In this document: piece by piece, positions 53,737 to 63,788 of the stretch
Position numbering within the stretch: position 1 is the stretch's first letter
Layout: each line of letters starts with the position of its first letter
Assembly (NCBI GenBank): GCA_934098735.1
Contig: CAKOOS010000005.1
Coordinates: 4,358 to 68,357, forward strand
Reading direction: 5' to 3'
From: an uncultured Bacilli bacterium
GTDB lineage: Bacteria > Bacillota_I > Bacilli_A > RF39 > UBA660
Length of the DNA stretch: 64,000 nt
Made by a program: the position numbers and the translations under genes
The notes under the pieces: generated by a model
The model's input: only the letters and a program-made list of their open reading frames with translations
Told to the model about the DNA's origin: nothing
Databases searched by the model: none

Positions 53737-54156
53737 ATGAAATTAAAGCAAATACCTAAAGATGAATTAGAATTAATGGGATATGATGATATTGCTTTAC
53801 TTATTTTGCAAGAAAGTGGCAAAAAAATGAAACTTCGTGATATATTTGTTAAAGTATGCGAAGTGTTAGAACTACCTAGTGAAACTGTAGATAATCAATT
53901 AATGGATTTCTTTGAACTAATGTCTATCAACAAAAAATTTATAATGTTAGATAATGGTTATTGGGATCTTCAAGCAAAACACAAATTAGATGTTGTTTTT
54001 GAAGACGATGATGATGATGTCATAGAATCAGATGAAGATCTTGAAGAAGATGAAGACGAAATATTCTATGATAAAGAGGATGAAACAGAAGATGTAGCTG
54101 AAGATGATTTAGCTGATTTAGTAGTAGTTGATGATTTAGAAGACAACAACATGTAA
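53737..54156 (+). CDS. rpoE: RNA polymerase delta subunit
   Basis: N-terminal HARE-HTH-like domain plus a poly-acidic C-terminal tail (DDDDDVIESDEDLEEDEDE...). Confidence 0.7.
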   Translation: MKLKQIPKDELELMGYDDIALLILQESGKKMKLRDIFVKVCEVLELPSETVDNQLMDFFELMSINKKFIMLDNGYWDLQAKHKLDVVFEDDDDDVIESDEDLEEDEDEIFYDKEDETEDVAEDDLADLVVVDDLEDNNM

Positions 54157-54185
54157 AGGTCCCACTTTAAGAAGGAGAATATAAA

Positions 54186-55247
54186 ATGTTTAATAGATTA
54201 GATGCTATTGTTTTAAAATACCAAGAGCTAAAAGAAGAATTAATGAAACCAGAAATTTTAAATGACTTTAATAAACTTAAAGAATTATCTAAAGAACAAA
54301 GTAATTTAGAAGAAACTGTTTTAACTTATGAAAAATATAAAACTGCTAACAAACATCTTGAAGAAGCTAAAATGATGGAAAATGATCCAGAATTAAAAGA
54401 AATAGCTTTAGAGGATATTTCTAGACTTGAAAAAGAAATAGAAGATCTTTACCATGAACTAGAAGTTTTATTAGTTCCGAAAGATGAAAATGATGGTAAA
54501 AATGTTATTATGGAAATAAGAGGAGCAGCAGGTGGAGATGAAGCAAATATTTTTGCTGGAGATTTATTTAGAATGTATTCTTATTATGCCGAAGCAAATG
54601 GCTGGAAAATAGAAGTTATTCATCAAATTGAAGGAGCCAGCGGAGGTTTTTCTCAAATAGAATTTATGGTAAAGGGTGCAAATGTTTATTCCAAATTAAA
54701 ATATGAAAGTGGATCTCATCGAGTTCAAAGAATACCATCAACAGAAACTCAAGGAAGAGTACATACATCTACAGCAACTGTACTTGTTATGCCTGAGATA
54801 GAAACGGTTAATATTGATATCAAAGAAAGTGATTTAAAAATAGATGTTTATCATTCAAGCGGAGCAGGTGGACAATCAGTAAATACTGCCAATTCTGCTG
54901 TTAGGATTACTCATATTCCTACCGGAGTTGTAGTAACTTGTCAAACAGAAAGAAGTCAGCTTCGTAATAAGGAAAGAGCAATGAATCTTTTAAAAATCAA
55001 AATAAATGATGAACTTATGCACAAGCAAGAAAGCGAAGTCGGAGCTACAAGAAAATCTAAAATTGGAACTGGAGATAGATCTGAAAAGATAAGAACATAT
55101 AATTATCCACAAAACAGAGTAACAGATCATAGAATAAATTTCTCTACCATGACTTTAGATCGTGTAATGGATGGAGAGCTTGAACCAATAATTGAAGCTT
55201 TAATAACTGAAGATTTAAAATTAAAATTAGCTGGTATGTCATTATAA
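54186..55247 (+). CDS. prfA: Peptide chain release factor 1
   Basis: PxT-type 'PSTETQG' and the 'SGAGGQSVN' GGQ motif. Confidence 0.95.
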   Translation: MFNRLDAIVLKYQELKEELMKPEILNDFNKLKELSKEQSNLEETVLTYEKYKTANKHLEEAKMMENDPELKEIALEDISRLEKEIEDLYHELEVLLVPKDENDGKNVIMEIRGAAGGDEANIFAGDLFRMYSYYAEANGWKIEVIHQIEGASGGFSQIEFMVKGANVYSKLKYESGSHRVQRIPSTETQGRVHTSTATVLVMPEIETVNIDIKESDLKIDVYHSSGAGGQSVNTANSAVRITHIPTGVVVTCQTERSQLRNKERAMNLLKIKINDELMHKQESEVGATRKSKIGTGDRSEKIRTYNYPQNRVTDHRINFSTMTLDRVMDGELEPIIEALITEDLKLKLAGMSL

Positions 55248-55270
55248 CCAGCTTTTTTGAAAGGATTAAA

Positions 55271-55990
55271 ATGAAACCAGAATATATAAGTGAAGTTGAT
55301 TGGAATTTACTAACTAAAAAATATTCTAAAGAAGAACTCTTATCAAAATTAAAAGAAAATATTCCAGTTCAATATTTAATTGGAGAAGTAGAATTTTTAA
55401 ATACTACGCTATACGTAGATAAAAGAGTTCTTATTCCTAGATTTGAAACAGAATTTTTAGTTGATAAAACAATTAAGTATATAAAACAATTATTTAATAA
55501 AAAAGTAGATATTATAGATTTAGGCACAGGAAGTGGTTGTATTGCTATATCTTTAAAAAAAAATTTAGATGCAAACTTAACAGCTGTAGATATTTCTAAA
55601 GATGCTTTAGATGTAGCTAAAAAAAATGCCAATTATAATAAAACTAAAATTAATTTTTTAAATCAAGATATGTTAGAAAATCTATCTCAAACTTTCGATG
55701 TTATAATATCTAATCCTCCATATATTCCAGTTAATGGTTATGTTGAAAAAATAGTAAAAGATAATGAGCCATCAATTGCTTTGTTTGCAGAAGATAATGG
55801 TTTGTATTTTTATAAAAAAATATTAGAAAATCATTTAGAAAAAGTAAATAAACCAGGGTTGATAGCCTTTGAAATCGGAGATAATCAAAAAGAAGAATTA
55901 GAAAAATATCTAGAAAATTATCAGTTTAAGTACAGTATAGAAAATGATTTACAAAACTTACCAAGATATTTATTTATTTTTATTGAATAA
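55271..55990 (+). CDS. prmC: Release factor glutamine N5-methyltransferase PrmC (HemK)
   Basis: 'DLGTGSGCIA' and the 'NPPY' motif; follows prfA. Confidence 0.85.
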   Translation: MKPEYISEVDWNLLTKKYSKEELLSKLKENIPVQYLIGEVEFLNTTLYVDKRVLIPRFETEFLVDKTIKYIKQLFNKKVDIIDLGTGSGCIAISLKKNLDANLTAVDISKDALDVAKKNANYNKTKINFLNQDMLENLSQTFDVIISNPPYIPVNGYVEKIVKDNEPSIALFAEDNGLYFYKKILENHLEKVNKPGLIAFEIGDNQKEELEKYLENYQFKYSIENDLQNLPRYLFIFIE

Positions 55991-56030
55991 AATATAAAAA
56001 TTATTTCCATCATCTTTTTAGGTGATATAA

Positions 56031-56543
56031 GTGAAAAAAATAGTTATAGTTCTTTTTATAGTTATGTGTTTACTTCTTTTTTCTAAGAAAGATACAAATA
56101 ATGTAATAATTCCTAAAGATGCAATTCGTTTTAGGATTATAGCAAATAGTAATAAAATTGAAGATCAAAAAACTAAATTAGATTTAAAAACTGATCTAGA
56201 GCCAATTATTAATAACATTTTATCAACATCAAAAGACATAAATGAGACGAGAGAAAACATTAAAGGAAATTTAAATGAAATTAAAAGTACTATAGAAAAA
56301 TATGATTCTAATTATAAAATAAATTTTGGTAGTAATTATTTTCCAGAAAAAAACTATAAAGGCGTAACTTATAAAGCAGGTAATTATGAATCACTAGTCA
56401 TAACTTTAGGTAATGGTCTTGGAGATAACTGGTGGTGTGTTTTATTTCCACCTTTATGTTTATTGGAAGCTAAAGAAGAAGATTATGATGACTATACTTA
56501 CTCATTTTTTATAAAAGAAATATTAAATAATAATTCTAAATAG
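56031..56543 (+). CDS. spoIIR: Stage II sporulation protein R
   Basis: Signal peptide, 'IRFRIIANSN' and 'GDNWWCVLFPPLC' SpoIIR motifs; prfA-prmC-spoIIR linkage as in Bacillus. Confidence 0.75.
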   Translation: MKKIVIVLFIVMCLLLFSKKDTNNVIIPKDAIRFRIIANSNKIEDQKTKLDLKTDLEPIINNILSTSKDINETRENIKGNLNEIKSTIEKYDSNYKINFGSNYFPEKNYKGVTYKAGNYESLVITLGNGLGDNWWCVLFPPLCLLEAKEEDYDDYTYSFFIKEILNNNSK

Positions 56544-56584
56544 ATATTATGAAATATAGAGCATATAATTACAGTGGTGATAAT

Positions 56585-57118
56585 ATGCAAGAATTAGTAT
56601 CCATTTTGTTAATCGGAGTATCTTTATCAATGGATACTTTTTCTTTGTCCTTAAGTTTAGGATCAATTATTAATAAAGGTAAATATTTAAAATTATTTCC
56701 ATTTGTTGTTGGGATATTTCACTTTTTTATGCCAATGTTAGGAAATAAAATAGGAATAAATATAATGCAAATTTTTAATTTAGCAAGTAACATCTTACTT
56801 GGATTGATATTAATTATTTTAGGTGTAAATTTAACTATTCAATTTTTTAAGAAAGAAGAAATAAATATTAATTTATCTCTCATAAGCATTATTTTTTTAG
56901 CTTTTAGTGTAAGCATTGATTCATTTACAATTGGCCTTGGCATAAGCGAAATAACCAATAAATATTTAGTGGCTTGTTCGATTTTTTGTTTATGTAGTTT
57001 TTTATTTACCTTATTAGGTTTAATTATAGGAAAATATTCTAATAACATTTTAGGCAGATATGCAAGTATTATTGGTATTTTATTATTATTACTATTAGGT
57101 TTTTATCATATTTTGTAA
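56585..57118 (+). CDS. MntP/YtaF-family (DUF204) membrane protein, putative Mn efflux or sporulation protein
   Basis: Two internal repeats with 'SMDTFSLSL' and 'SIDSFTIGL' motifs. The start was trimmed to Met 13. Confidence 0.55.
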   Translation: MQELVSILLIGVSLSMDTFSLSLSLGSIINKGKYLKLFPFVVGIFHFFMPMLGNKIGINIMQIFNLASNILLGLILIILGVNLTIQFFKKEEININLSLISIIFLAFSVSIDSFTIGLGISEITNKYLVACSIFCLCSFLFTLLGLIIGKYSNNILGRYASIIGILLLLLLGFYHIL

Positions 57119-57164
57119 ACTAATTTTATATATATCTTTTTTATTATACAAATAAATTTTCTCA

Positions 57165-57173
57165 TGCTATAAT
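57165..57173 (+). promoter_or_regulatory. Extended -10 promoter element TGCTATAAT upstream of the membrane XRE gene
   Basis: Direct read, about 20 nt upstream of the AAGGAG RBS. Confidence 0.45.
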
Positions 57174-57192
57174 CATAATAAAGGAGTATATA

Positions 57193-57693
57193 ATGAATAG
57201 TAAAGAATTAGGTTTATTAATAACTAAAAAAAGAAAGGAACAAAATTTAACTCAAAAACAACTAGCTGAAAAATTAAAAGTCTCTGATAAAAGTATTTCT
57301 AAATGGGAAAATGGTGTAGATGAACCAAATTTAATGATGCTTTCAAATATTTGTAAAGAGCTTAATATTTCTTTAAAAGAACTTCACCTTAATATAGAAA
57401 ATCCAAAAAAAGAAGATGATAAAAACACTAAAATTCTAAGTAATTCAGTATTTAAATGGGTATTTTACACAATAAGCTATATGTTATTTATTACTATAAT
57501 TATGGGATGTGCAACTATCCAAACTATTTATCAAATAGTATCTAAAAACATCGTTAAAGAAGACCTAAAGATAATTTGGCAAAATTCATTTGACTGGGTA
57601 GCAGGCTTGCTTCAAATAGTATTTATAATGTCAATAATAATTGCCATTTACATTTTCATATTTAGTTTAGTAAGCCGAAAAAAGAATAAGTAA
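57193..57693 (+). CDS. Membrane-anchored XRE-family HTH regulator
   Basis: N-terminal Cro/C1 HTH ('LTQKQLAEKLKVSDKSISKWENG') plus two C-terminal TM helices. Confidence 0.65.
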   Translation: MNSKELGLLITKKRKEQNLTQKQLAEKLKVSDKSISKWENGVDEPNLMMLSNICKELNISLKELHLNIENPKKEDDKNTKILSNSVFKWVFYTISYMLFITIIMGCATIQTIYQIVSKNIVKEDLKIIWQNSFDWVAGLLQIVFIMSIIIAIYIFIFSLVSRKKNK

Positions 57694-57775
57694 TTGCTAT
57701 TTAAGTAATTACTTATTTTTAAACGATTATTTACTTTATAATATTAGTTTGATACAATTTTAGAGAGGGATTATT

Positions 57776-58171
57776 ATGGAAATTTTATTTATTTTAATAA
57801 CTGCATTTGCAGTAGTAATTTTTATTTTAACGTTTGTTATTATGCTAAGTCCAAAGGCACAAGGAAAATGGCTTAGTAAACAAATTAAAGCAACTAAAAG
57901 TATGTTAGATTATAGCAAAGAAGATTTAAAAGATTTAGCTAAAATGACATCTAATTTTTCTAATGAAGTAGAAAACGAAATATTAGATGAAAATGAAGAA
58001 GTTTTAAAAGATAATGCTAGAAAAAGAGCAAATATAAAAAAAGAAGAAATAAAGATAACTGCTAAAGCAATTAAAGAAGGTTTAACGAGTGATAAAAATT
58101 TTTGTAAGTATTGTGGAAAATTAATTGATAATGATTCAAAGTTTTGCAAACATTGTGGGAAAGAATTATAA
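57776..58171 (+). CDS. Membrane protein with a C-terminal zinc-ribbon (CxxC...CxxC)
   Basis: N-terminal TM, a charged helical region and 'CKYCGKLIDNDSKFCKHCGK'. Confidence 0.5.
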   Translation: MEILFILITAFAVVIFILTFVIMLSPKAQGKWLSKQIKATKSMLDYSKEDLKDLAKMTSNFSNEVENEILDENEEVLKDNARKRANIKKEEIKITAKAIKEGLTSDKNFCKYCGKLIDNDSKFCKHCGKEL

Positions 58172-58216
58172 TATTATTTAATTAAAATCCATAAGTATTA
58201 TTAAGAGGTGAGATTT

Positions 58217-59470
58217 TTGAAAAAAATAATAATTGAAGGAAATAAAATATTAAGTGGGAAAATAAAAATAGGTGGTGCAAAAAATAGTGTAGTAGCTTTA
58301 ATTCCAGCAGCAATATTAGCAAGTGGAAATGTCAAGATTACTAATGTTCCTAATATATCAGATAAAGATGCTTTAATTGAAATATTAAAACTTCTTAACA
58401 TAAAAGTAAAAAATAAAAAGGATACAATTGAAATAGATCCAAGTAAGATGATAAATACTGTTATTCCTGAAGATTTAAGTAGTAAATTAAGAGCATCATA
58501 TTATTTTATGGGAGCGCTTCTTGCAAAATACAAACATGTTGAAATGTATTTTCCTGGCGGATGCAATATAGGTTCAAGGCCAATTGATTTACACTTAAAA
58601 GGATTTGAAAGTTTAGGAGCTAAAATTGAAAAAGAGGATAGTAAATACATTATTACTGCAGATAAGCTAAAAGGAAATTCTATATTTTTAGATTTTGCTT
58701 CAGTTGGAGCTACTATTAATATTATGATTGCGGCCACAATGGCAGAAGGTACTACAATTATAAATAATGCAGCAAGAGAAGCTGAAATTACAAATATTGC
58801 TGAACTATTAAATAATATGGGAGCTAAAATATCTGGCGCTGGTACTGAACAAATCAAAATTGAGGGGGTAACTAAAATGCATGGTGCAGAAATTAAAGTT
58901 ATTCCTGATAGAATAGAAGCTGGTACTTATATAATAATGGGAGCTCTTTTAGGGAAAAATTTAGAAATTGATGGAATGATACCTGAACACAATATTGTGC
59001 TTTTAAATAAACTTCAAGAAATGGGTGTAGATTTTAAATTAGATAATCATCGTATTATTTTAAATAAAAGCAATAATTTAAAACCTACAAATGTAAGAAG
59101 TGTTGTATATCCTGGTTTTCCTACTGACTTAGGGCAACCTATGGCAGTTTTGTTAACACAAGCAAATGGAATTTCTTTATTTGAAGAAACCATTTGGGAA
59201 AATAGAATGGGACATGTAAAATATTTAAATCAAATGGGGGCAAACATTGAAGCTGAAAGACAACATGCTAAAATTACTGGACCAACTAAGCTTCATGGAG
59301 CAGAAATTACTGCAACTGATCTTAGAGCTGGGGCAGCTTTAGTAACTGCTGGATTAATTGCAGATGGTACAACAATAATAAACGATGTAGAACATATTTT
59401 AAGAGGTTATGAACGAATTATAAACAAATTATCTGATGTAGGTGCTAATATTAAAATAGTTGAAGTATAA
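58217..59470 (+). CDS. murA: UDP-N-acetylglucosamine 1-carboxyvinyltransferase
   Basis: 'GGAKNS' N-terminal motif and the active-site Cys context 'GGCNIGSRPID'. TTG start with RBS AAGAGGTG. Confidence 0.9.
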   Translation: MKKIIIEGNKILSGKIKIGGAKNSVVALIPAAILASGNVKITNVPNISDKDALIEILKLLNIKVKNKKDTIEIDPSKMINTVIPEDLSSKLRASYYFMGALLAKYKHVEMYFPGGCNIGSRPIDLHLKGFESLGAKIEKEDSKYIITADKLKGNSIFLDFASVGATINIMIAATMAEGTTIINNAAREAEITNIAELLNNMGAKISGAGTEQIKIEGVTKMHGAEIKVIPDRIEAGTYIIMGALLGKNLEIDGMIPEHNIVLLNKLQEMGVDFKLDNHRIILNKSNNLKPTNVRSVVYPGFPTDLGQPMAVLLTQANGISLFEETIWENRMGHVKYLNQMGANIEAERQHAKITGPTKLHGAEITATDLRAGAALVTAGLIADGTTIINDVEHILRGYERIINKLSDVGANIKIVEV

Positions 59471-59496
59471 TGTAAAGAGAAATCTTTACATTTTTT
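59471..59496 (+). terminator. Rho-independent terminator after murA
   Basis: TGTAAAGA-GAAA-TCTTTACA followed by a T6 run. Confidence 0.6.
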
Positions 59497-59507
59497 ATGG
59501 GGGAATT

Positions 59508-60191
59508 ATGAAAAGAAGATATAAATTAGCTTTAATAATATTAATTGGTATAGTTTTAACATTTTTAATTAATAAAGTGAATTTTTCTTCTAATATAAAT
59601 TTAGTAGCTATCGGAGATAGTTTAAGTTTAGGAATGACACCTTATAAAGTTGCAGGAACTAGTTTTAATGATTACTTAAAAAATGAATTAGAAAGTAAAA
59701 GAATATTAAATGATTATAATGATGAGTTTTCTATAGATGAATTTAAAATTCACACTTTAAATGAATGTTTAAACAAAAATATAAAAGGAAAATATTCCAA
59801 AATACCTATAAAACAAATAATAGCCAAAGCTGATATTCTCACATTTGCTTTAGGAATAGACGAGTTTTCTAAATTAAATACTAAAGAAATAACAGATGAA
59901 TTTATTAGTAATTATTTAAAAGAAGTAGAAATATTTTTTTCATCAGTACGAGAGTTTTACGAAAAAAAAATAATTTTATTAGGGTTATATAGCGCTAATA
60001 ATTTTAGTCAAAATGATGCTATAAAAGTAAATGAAAAACTTAAAATAATATGTGGCAAATATGATGTTGTTTTTATAGACATATTAGCCTTAACTTTAAA
60101 AGAAGATTATTATCTGGATCAAAATAATTATTATTTAAATTATAGAGCTCACAAGGATATAACAAAGCTTATAAAAAAAGTAATTATGTAA
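59508..60191 (+). CDS. SGNH/GDSL-like hydrolase, membrane-anchored
   Basis: N-terminal TM followed by 'VAIGDSLSLG' (GDS(L) block I). Confidence 0.5.
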   Translation: MKRRYKLALIILIGIVLTFLINKVNFSSNINLVAIGDSLSLGMTPYKVAGTSFNDYLKNELESKRILNDYNDEFSIDEFKIHTLNECLNKNIKGKYSKIPIKQIIAKADILTFALGIDEFSKLNTKEITDEFISNYLKEVEIFFSSVREFYEKKIILLGLYSANNFSQNDAIKVNEKLKIICGKYDVVFIDILALTLKEDYYLDQNNYYLNYRAHKDITKLIKKVIM

Positions 60192-60286
60192 ATTAATATT
60201 TTGCCTTGCTAATAAAAAAAAATATGATATAATAGTTAAGAAACGAATTACTATGTCATGAACTTGACATGGCGGAAGGAGAGAGT

Positions 60287-60499
60287 ATGAAAGCAAATAT
60301 CCATCCAGAAGTTAAAGATGCTACAGTTACTTGTGCTTGTGGAGCAACATTTAAAACTAAATCAATTAAAGAAAATATTAATGTTGAAATTTGTAGTGAA
60401 TGTCATCCATTTTATACAGGAACACAAGGAAAAGCAAAAAGAACTGGAAATATTGAAAAATTTAATAAAAAATTTGGATTTGATAAAGAACAAAATTAA
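60287..60499 (+). CDS. rpmE: 50S ribosomal protein L31 (zinc-ribbon C+ form)
   Basis: 'MKANIHPE...TCACGATF...[10 protein letters not shown]'. Confidence 0.85.
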   Translation: MKANIHPEVKDATVTCACGATFKTKSIKENINVEICSECHPFYTGTQGKAKRTGNIEKFNKKFGFDKEQN

Positions 60500-60546
60500 T
60501 TTTTGTTTTTTTTCTTGCCCTAAATATAGTATAATTAATAAAGGAG

Positions 60547-61005
60547 ATGATAATTATAAAAATTTTTGTTGGATTTGACCATCAAGGAATTAAATGTAAA
60601 GAAAATATTGTTAATTATTTAAAAGAAAATGGCTTTGATGTTTGTGTTTCAAATATTCCAAATAGTGATACTGATGATTACCCAGATTTTGCTAAAGATG
60701 TTTGCAATAATGTTGTAAAAGAAAAAGCTTTAGGAATTCTTGTATGTGGATCTGGTATTGGAATGAGTATAGCTGCCAATAAAATAAGAGGAATAAAATG
60801 TGCTAGAGTAGTTGATGGAAATGATGCCTTTACTGCTAAAAATCATAATGGTGCTAATGTAATAGCTTTTAGTGCTAATATTAATTCCGATGAAATTCAT
60901 AATATAATAGATAATTTTTTAATGACTAAGGATCCAAGTGAAGAAAGACATTTAAGACGAATTGCTAAAGTAGATGCCATTGAAAGAGAAAACTATGGAA
61001 ATTAA
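60547..61005 (+). CDS. rpiB: Ribose-5-phosphate isomerase B
   Basis: 'GFDHQG' and 'LVCGSGIGMSIAANK' RpiB/LacAB motifs. Confidence 0.85.
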   Translation: MIIIKIFVGFDHQGIKCKENIVNYLKENGFDVCVSNIPNSDTDDYPDFAKDVCNNVVKEKALGILVCGSGIGMSIAANKIRGIKCARVVDGNDAFTAKNHNGANVIAFSANINSDEIHNIIDNFLMTKDPSEERHLRRIAKVDAIERENYGN

Positions 61006-61180
61006 ATTAATTTTATACATAAGTTTTACCTTCATTAGTGCTCTAGGATTATCTGGTGTAAATTTTGATGGCTTTTTCAAAAAAAATAAAGTTTTAGAAG
61101 CAAAAGTATTTGTCATAACATTAAGTTTTGCTCTAAGTTATTTACTAACAAATTTTGTTCTAGATTTTTTAAATTTGTAA
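60974..61180 (+). CDS. Small hypothetical membrane protein (68 aa)
   Basis: Two predicted TM segments; weak support. Confidence 0.25.
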   Translation: MPLKEKTMEIKLILYISFTFISALGLSGVNFDGFFKKNKVLEAKVFVITLSFALSYLLTNFVLDFLNL

Positions 61181-61192
61181 TATAATAAATAT

Positions 61193-62110
61193 ATGAAAAT
61201 AAAAAATAGATATTTAATAATATTAATTATCTTATTAAGCTTAATAGCTATAAAAAGCAGTCCCAAAAAGACTGCTTCTTTTAATAATGACGAAAAAACT
61301 AAAGAAGAAAAAAAAGAACCGTTTAAAATAAATGTTGTAAATAAAAAAACAGGTGAAATTATAAATTTGGATTTAGAAAACTATATAATTGGGGTTGTGG
61401 CTGGCGAAATGCCCGCTTCATTTGATGTTGAAGCTTTAAAAGCTCAAGCCATAGCTTCTAGAACTTATGCTCTATATAAAATTAAAAATAACAAGACTTT
61501 AACAACTGATATAAGTACACAAGTATATATAACTAATGAAGATATGCAAAATAAATGGAAAGAAAACTATAATTTATATTATGAAAAAATAAAAAATGCT
61601 GTTTTAGAAACAAAGGATTTAGTCATTACTTATAATGGTGATTTGATAAGTAGTTACTATTTTGCAATGTCAAATGGTAAAACAGAGGATTCAAAATTAG
61701 TATTTGGAACTGATGTTGAATACTTAAAAAGTGTTGAATCTAATGAGAATATAGAAACTAAAAAAACAATTTCAATGTCTAAAAGTGATTTTTGTACTAA
61801 ACTAAGCATTGATTGCCAAGATATAGTCATAAAAAACGAAGAAAAAACATCATCGGGTAGAATTCAGAGCATAGTTATCAACAATAAAATATTTAAAGGA
61901 ACCGAAATAAGAACTTTGCTTGGATTAAGGTCAACTGACTTTAATATATCATTAGATGAAAATAACATAATAATTACCACTAATGGTTATGGCCACGGTG
62001 TTGGAATGAGTCAATATGGAGCCAATGCATTAGCTAAAAGTGGTTATAATTATGAAGAAATTTTAAAGCATTATTATCAAAATACAAATATTACCAAAAT
62101 TAATGTATAA
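61193..62110 (+). CDS. spoIID: Stage II sporulation protein D (lytic transglycosylase, SpoIID/LytB domain)
   Basis: 'ALKAQAIASRTYAL' and 'GYGHGVGMSQYGA' motifs. Confidence 0.85.
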   Translation: MKIKNRYLIILIILLSLIAIKSSPKKTASFNNDEKTKEEKKEPFKINVVNKKTGEIINLDLENYIIGVVAGEMPASFDVEALKAQAIASRTYALYKIKNNKTLTTDISTQVYITNEDMQNKWKENYNLYYEKIKNAVLETKDLVITYNGDLISSYYFAMSNGKTEDSKLVFGTDVEYLKSVESNENIETKKTISMSKSDFCTKLSIDCQDIVIKNEEKTSSGRIQSIVINNKIFKGTEIRTLLGLRSTDFNISLDENNIIITTNGYGHGVGMSQYGANALAKSGYNYEEILKHYYQNTNITKINV

Positions 62111-62152
62111 GATTAATTATTTTTTTCCATACTTTTACTAGGATGGTGAAAT

Positions 62153-62791
62153 ATGAGAAAAAGAAAATTGAAAGGTTTTGTTTTACCAACGATTTATATC
62201 ATGGTAATTGGTGTTTTATTTATAAGTATTTCTTATGTAGGAAGCGCATTACAAAATCAAACAAAATACAAAAATATGGCTGTTAGTGCTTTAAACAAAG
62301 ATAATGTAACATCAGTAGTTAAAAATGAAGATGTAAATCCAAGTGTGATTGTTAAGCCTTTTGTAAGTAGTAATGTATCAATTAGTAAATCATTTTATGA
62401 TATGACAGATGATGAGGTAAAACAACAAAATTCTTTAGTGTATTATGAAAAAACATATTTACAAAATAGTGGTGTTTTATATACATCAAGTGAGCCGTTT
62501 GATGTTGTAAGTGCTTATGATGGTACCGTAACAAATGTTTCTAAAGATGATATTCTAGGAAATTACTTAGAAGTAACCCATAATACTAACCTTAAAACAA
62601 TTTATTATAGTTTAGGTGAAATTACTGTTAAAAAAGATGATATTGTTAAAAGTGGAGATGTATTAGGTAAAAGTGGTAGTAATAAATTAGAAAATGAAAA
62701 TACTAATTCTTTGTTATTTGAAGTTTATCATAATGGTTTTGCTATAGATCCAGAAGATTTTTATAATATGTCTATTGATGATTTAAAATAA
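62153..62791 (+). CDS. Degenerate M23/LytM-domain membrane protein, SpoIIQ-like
   Basis: N-terminal TM. The LytM fold is present ('VSAYDGTV', 'YSLGEITVKKDDIVKSGDVLGKSG'), but the HxxxD and HxH zinc ligands are replaced, as in SpoIIQ. The spoIID-spoIIQ-spoIIID order is clostridial. Confidence 0.55.
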   Translation: MRKRKLKGFVLPTIYIMVIGVLFISISYVGSALQNQTKYKNMAVSALNKDNVTSVVKNEDVNPSVIVKPFVSSNVSISKSFYDMTDDEVKQQNSLVYYEKTYLQNSGVLYTSSEPFDVVSAYDGTVTNVSKDDILGNYLEVTHNTNLKTIYYSLGEITVKKDDIVKSGDVLGKSGSNKLENENTNSLLFEVYHNGFAIDPEDFYNMSIDDLK

Positions 62792-62839
62792 CATATTCCC
62801 TTCCTCTTAATAATACAATTTATTAAGGGGTTGTTTATT

Positions 62840-63091
62840 ATGAACAAAGATATACAAAAAAGAGTATTGAATGAAGCGAATCATGTTTTAAATACAAAGG
62901 AAACTATAAGAAAAACAGCAGATAGATTTAATGTTAGTAAAAGTACAGTTTATACAGATCTATCCGAACGATTAAAAAAAATAGATAATAATTTAATGAA
63001 TGAAATAAATAATATTTTTAAAGATCATGATCGTGTAAAACATTTAAGAGGTGGAGAAGTAACTAAACAAAAATATAAAAGAGGGAGCTAA
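62840..63091 (+). CDS. spoIIID: Stage III sporulation protein D
   Basis: 'VSKSTVYTDLSERL' HTH and a 'HLRGGEVTKQKYK' C-terminus, as in SpoIIID. Confidence 0.8.
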   Translation: MNKDIQKRVLNEANHVLNTKETIRKTADRFNVSKSTVYTDLSERLKKIDNNLMNEINNIFKDHDRVKHLRGGEVTKQKYKRGS

Positions 63092-63694
63092 ATGAAAATA
63101 AATAATATTGTATATTTAACAGATGATTATGTTTATTTAAAGCATAAAAAAAATAATAATATAATAAAGTATAAATTAAATAAAAATATTGTGGAAGCAG
63201 GCAAAATTGCAAATCAACCCAAGTTTATAAAAAGTTATGAACAATTATTAAATATAAATCATTTAAATAATTCTCTCTTTGGAGAAACAATTAAAATATT
63301 AATAAGTCCTAACTATAACCAAGCTGACATAAGAATACTCAAAAATTTATTTATGTGTTTTAATTATCGAAAAGTAATAGTGGAAAATATTTTTAAAATA
63401 TTAAAATTAGATAAAAATAGTTTTTATATAAATGGTTATGAAGAATATATTGAATTATTTTACTTAGATGAATTTAATAAAAATAACTATTTATTAATTA
63501 ATACTAATTTATTTTTCACTACCGACGATTTTTTAAAATATTTAAAATATCGGGTAAAAAATAAAGAGTTATATTTGCTTGGTAATAGTGATTTACTAAG
63601 TGAAATATTTACTTTTTTTGAAGAAAAATATAATAATAAAACATTTATGTTTAGTAATAACGAACTATATTTAATAAATAAAGCAAAGTTTTAA
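63092..63694 (+). CDS. Hypothetical protein, 200 aa
   Basis: Clean ORF with no recognisable motif. Confidence 0.35.
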   Translation: MKINNIVYLTDDYVYLKHKKNNNIIKYKLNKNIVEAGKIANQPKFIKSYEQLLNINHLNNSLFGETIKILISPNYNQADIRILKNLFMCFNYRKVIVENIFKILKLDKNSFYINGYEEYIELFYLDEFNKNNYLLINTNLFFTTDDFLKYLKYRVKNKELYLLGNSDLLSEIFTFFEEKYNNKTFMFSNNELYLINKAKF

Positions 63695-63788
63695 ATAATT
63701 GTTGTTGTCGATTTTTGTCGAACGATTTATCTTGAATAATACTTGACTTCGTGGTACAGTTTAAGTGTGGGAAGGAGTTGAGTGATCA

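Noticed and set aside
60318-60578. 86-aa ORF overlapping rpmE in another frame
   Set aside because: Lysine/asparagine-rich product of an AT-rich alternative frame. rpmE in the other frame has clear L31 motifs
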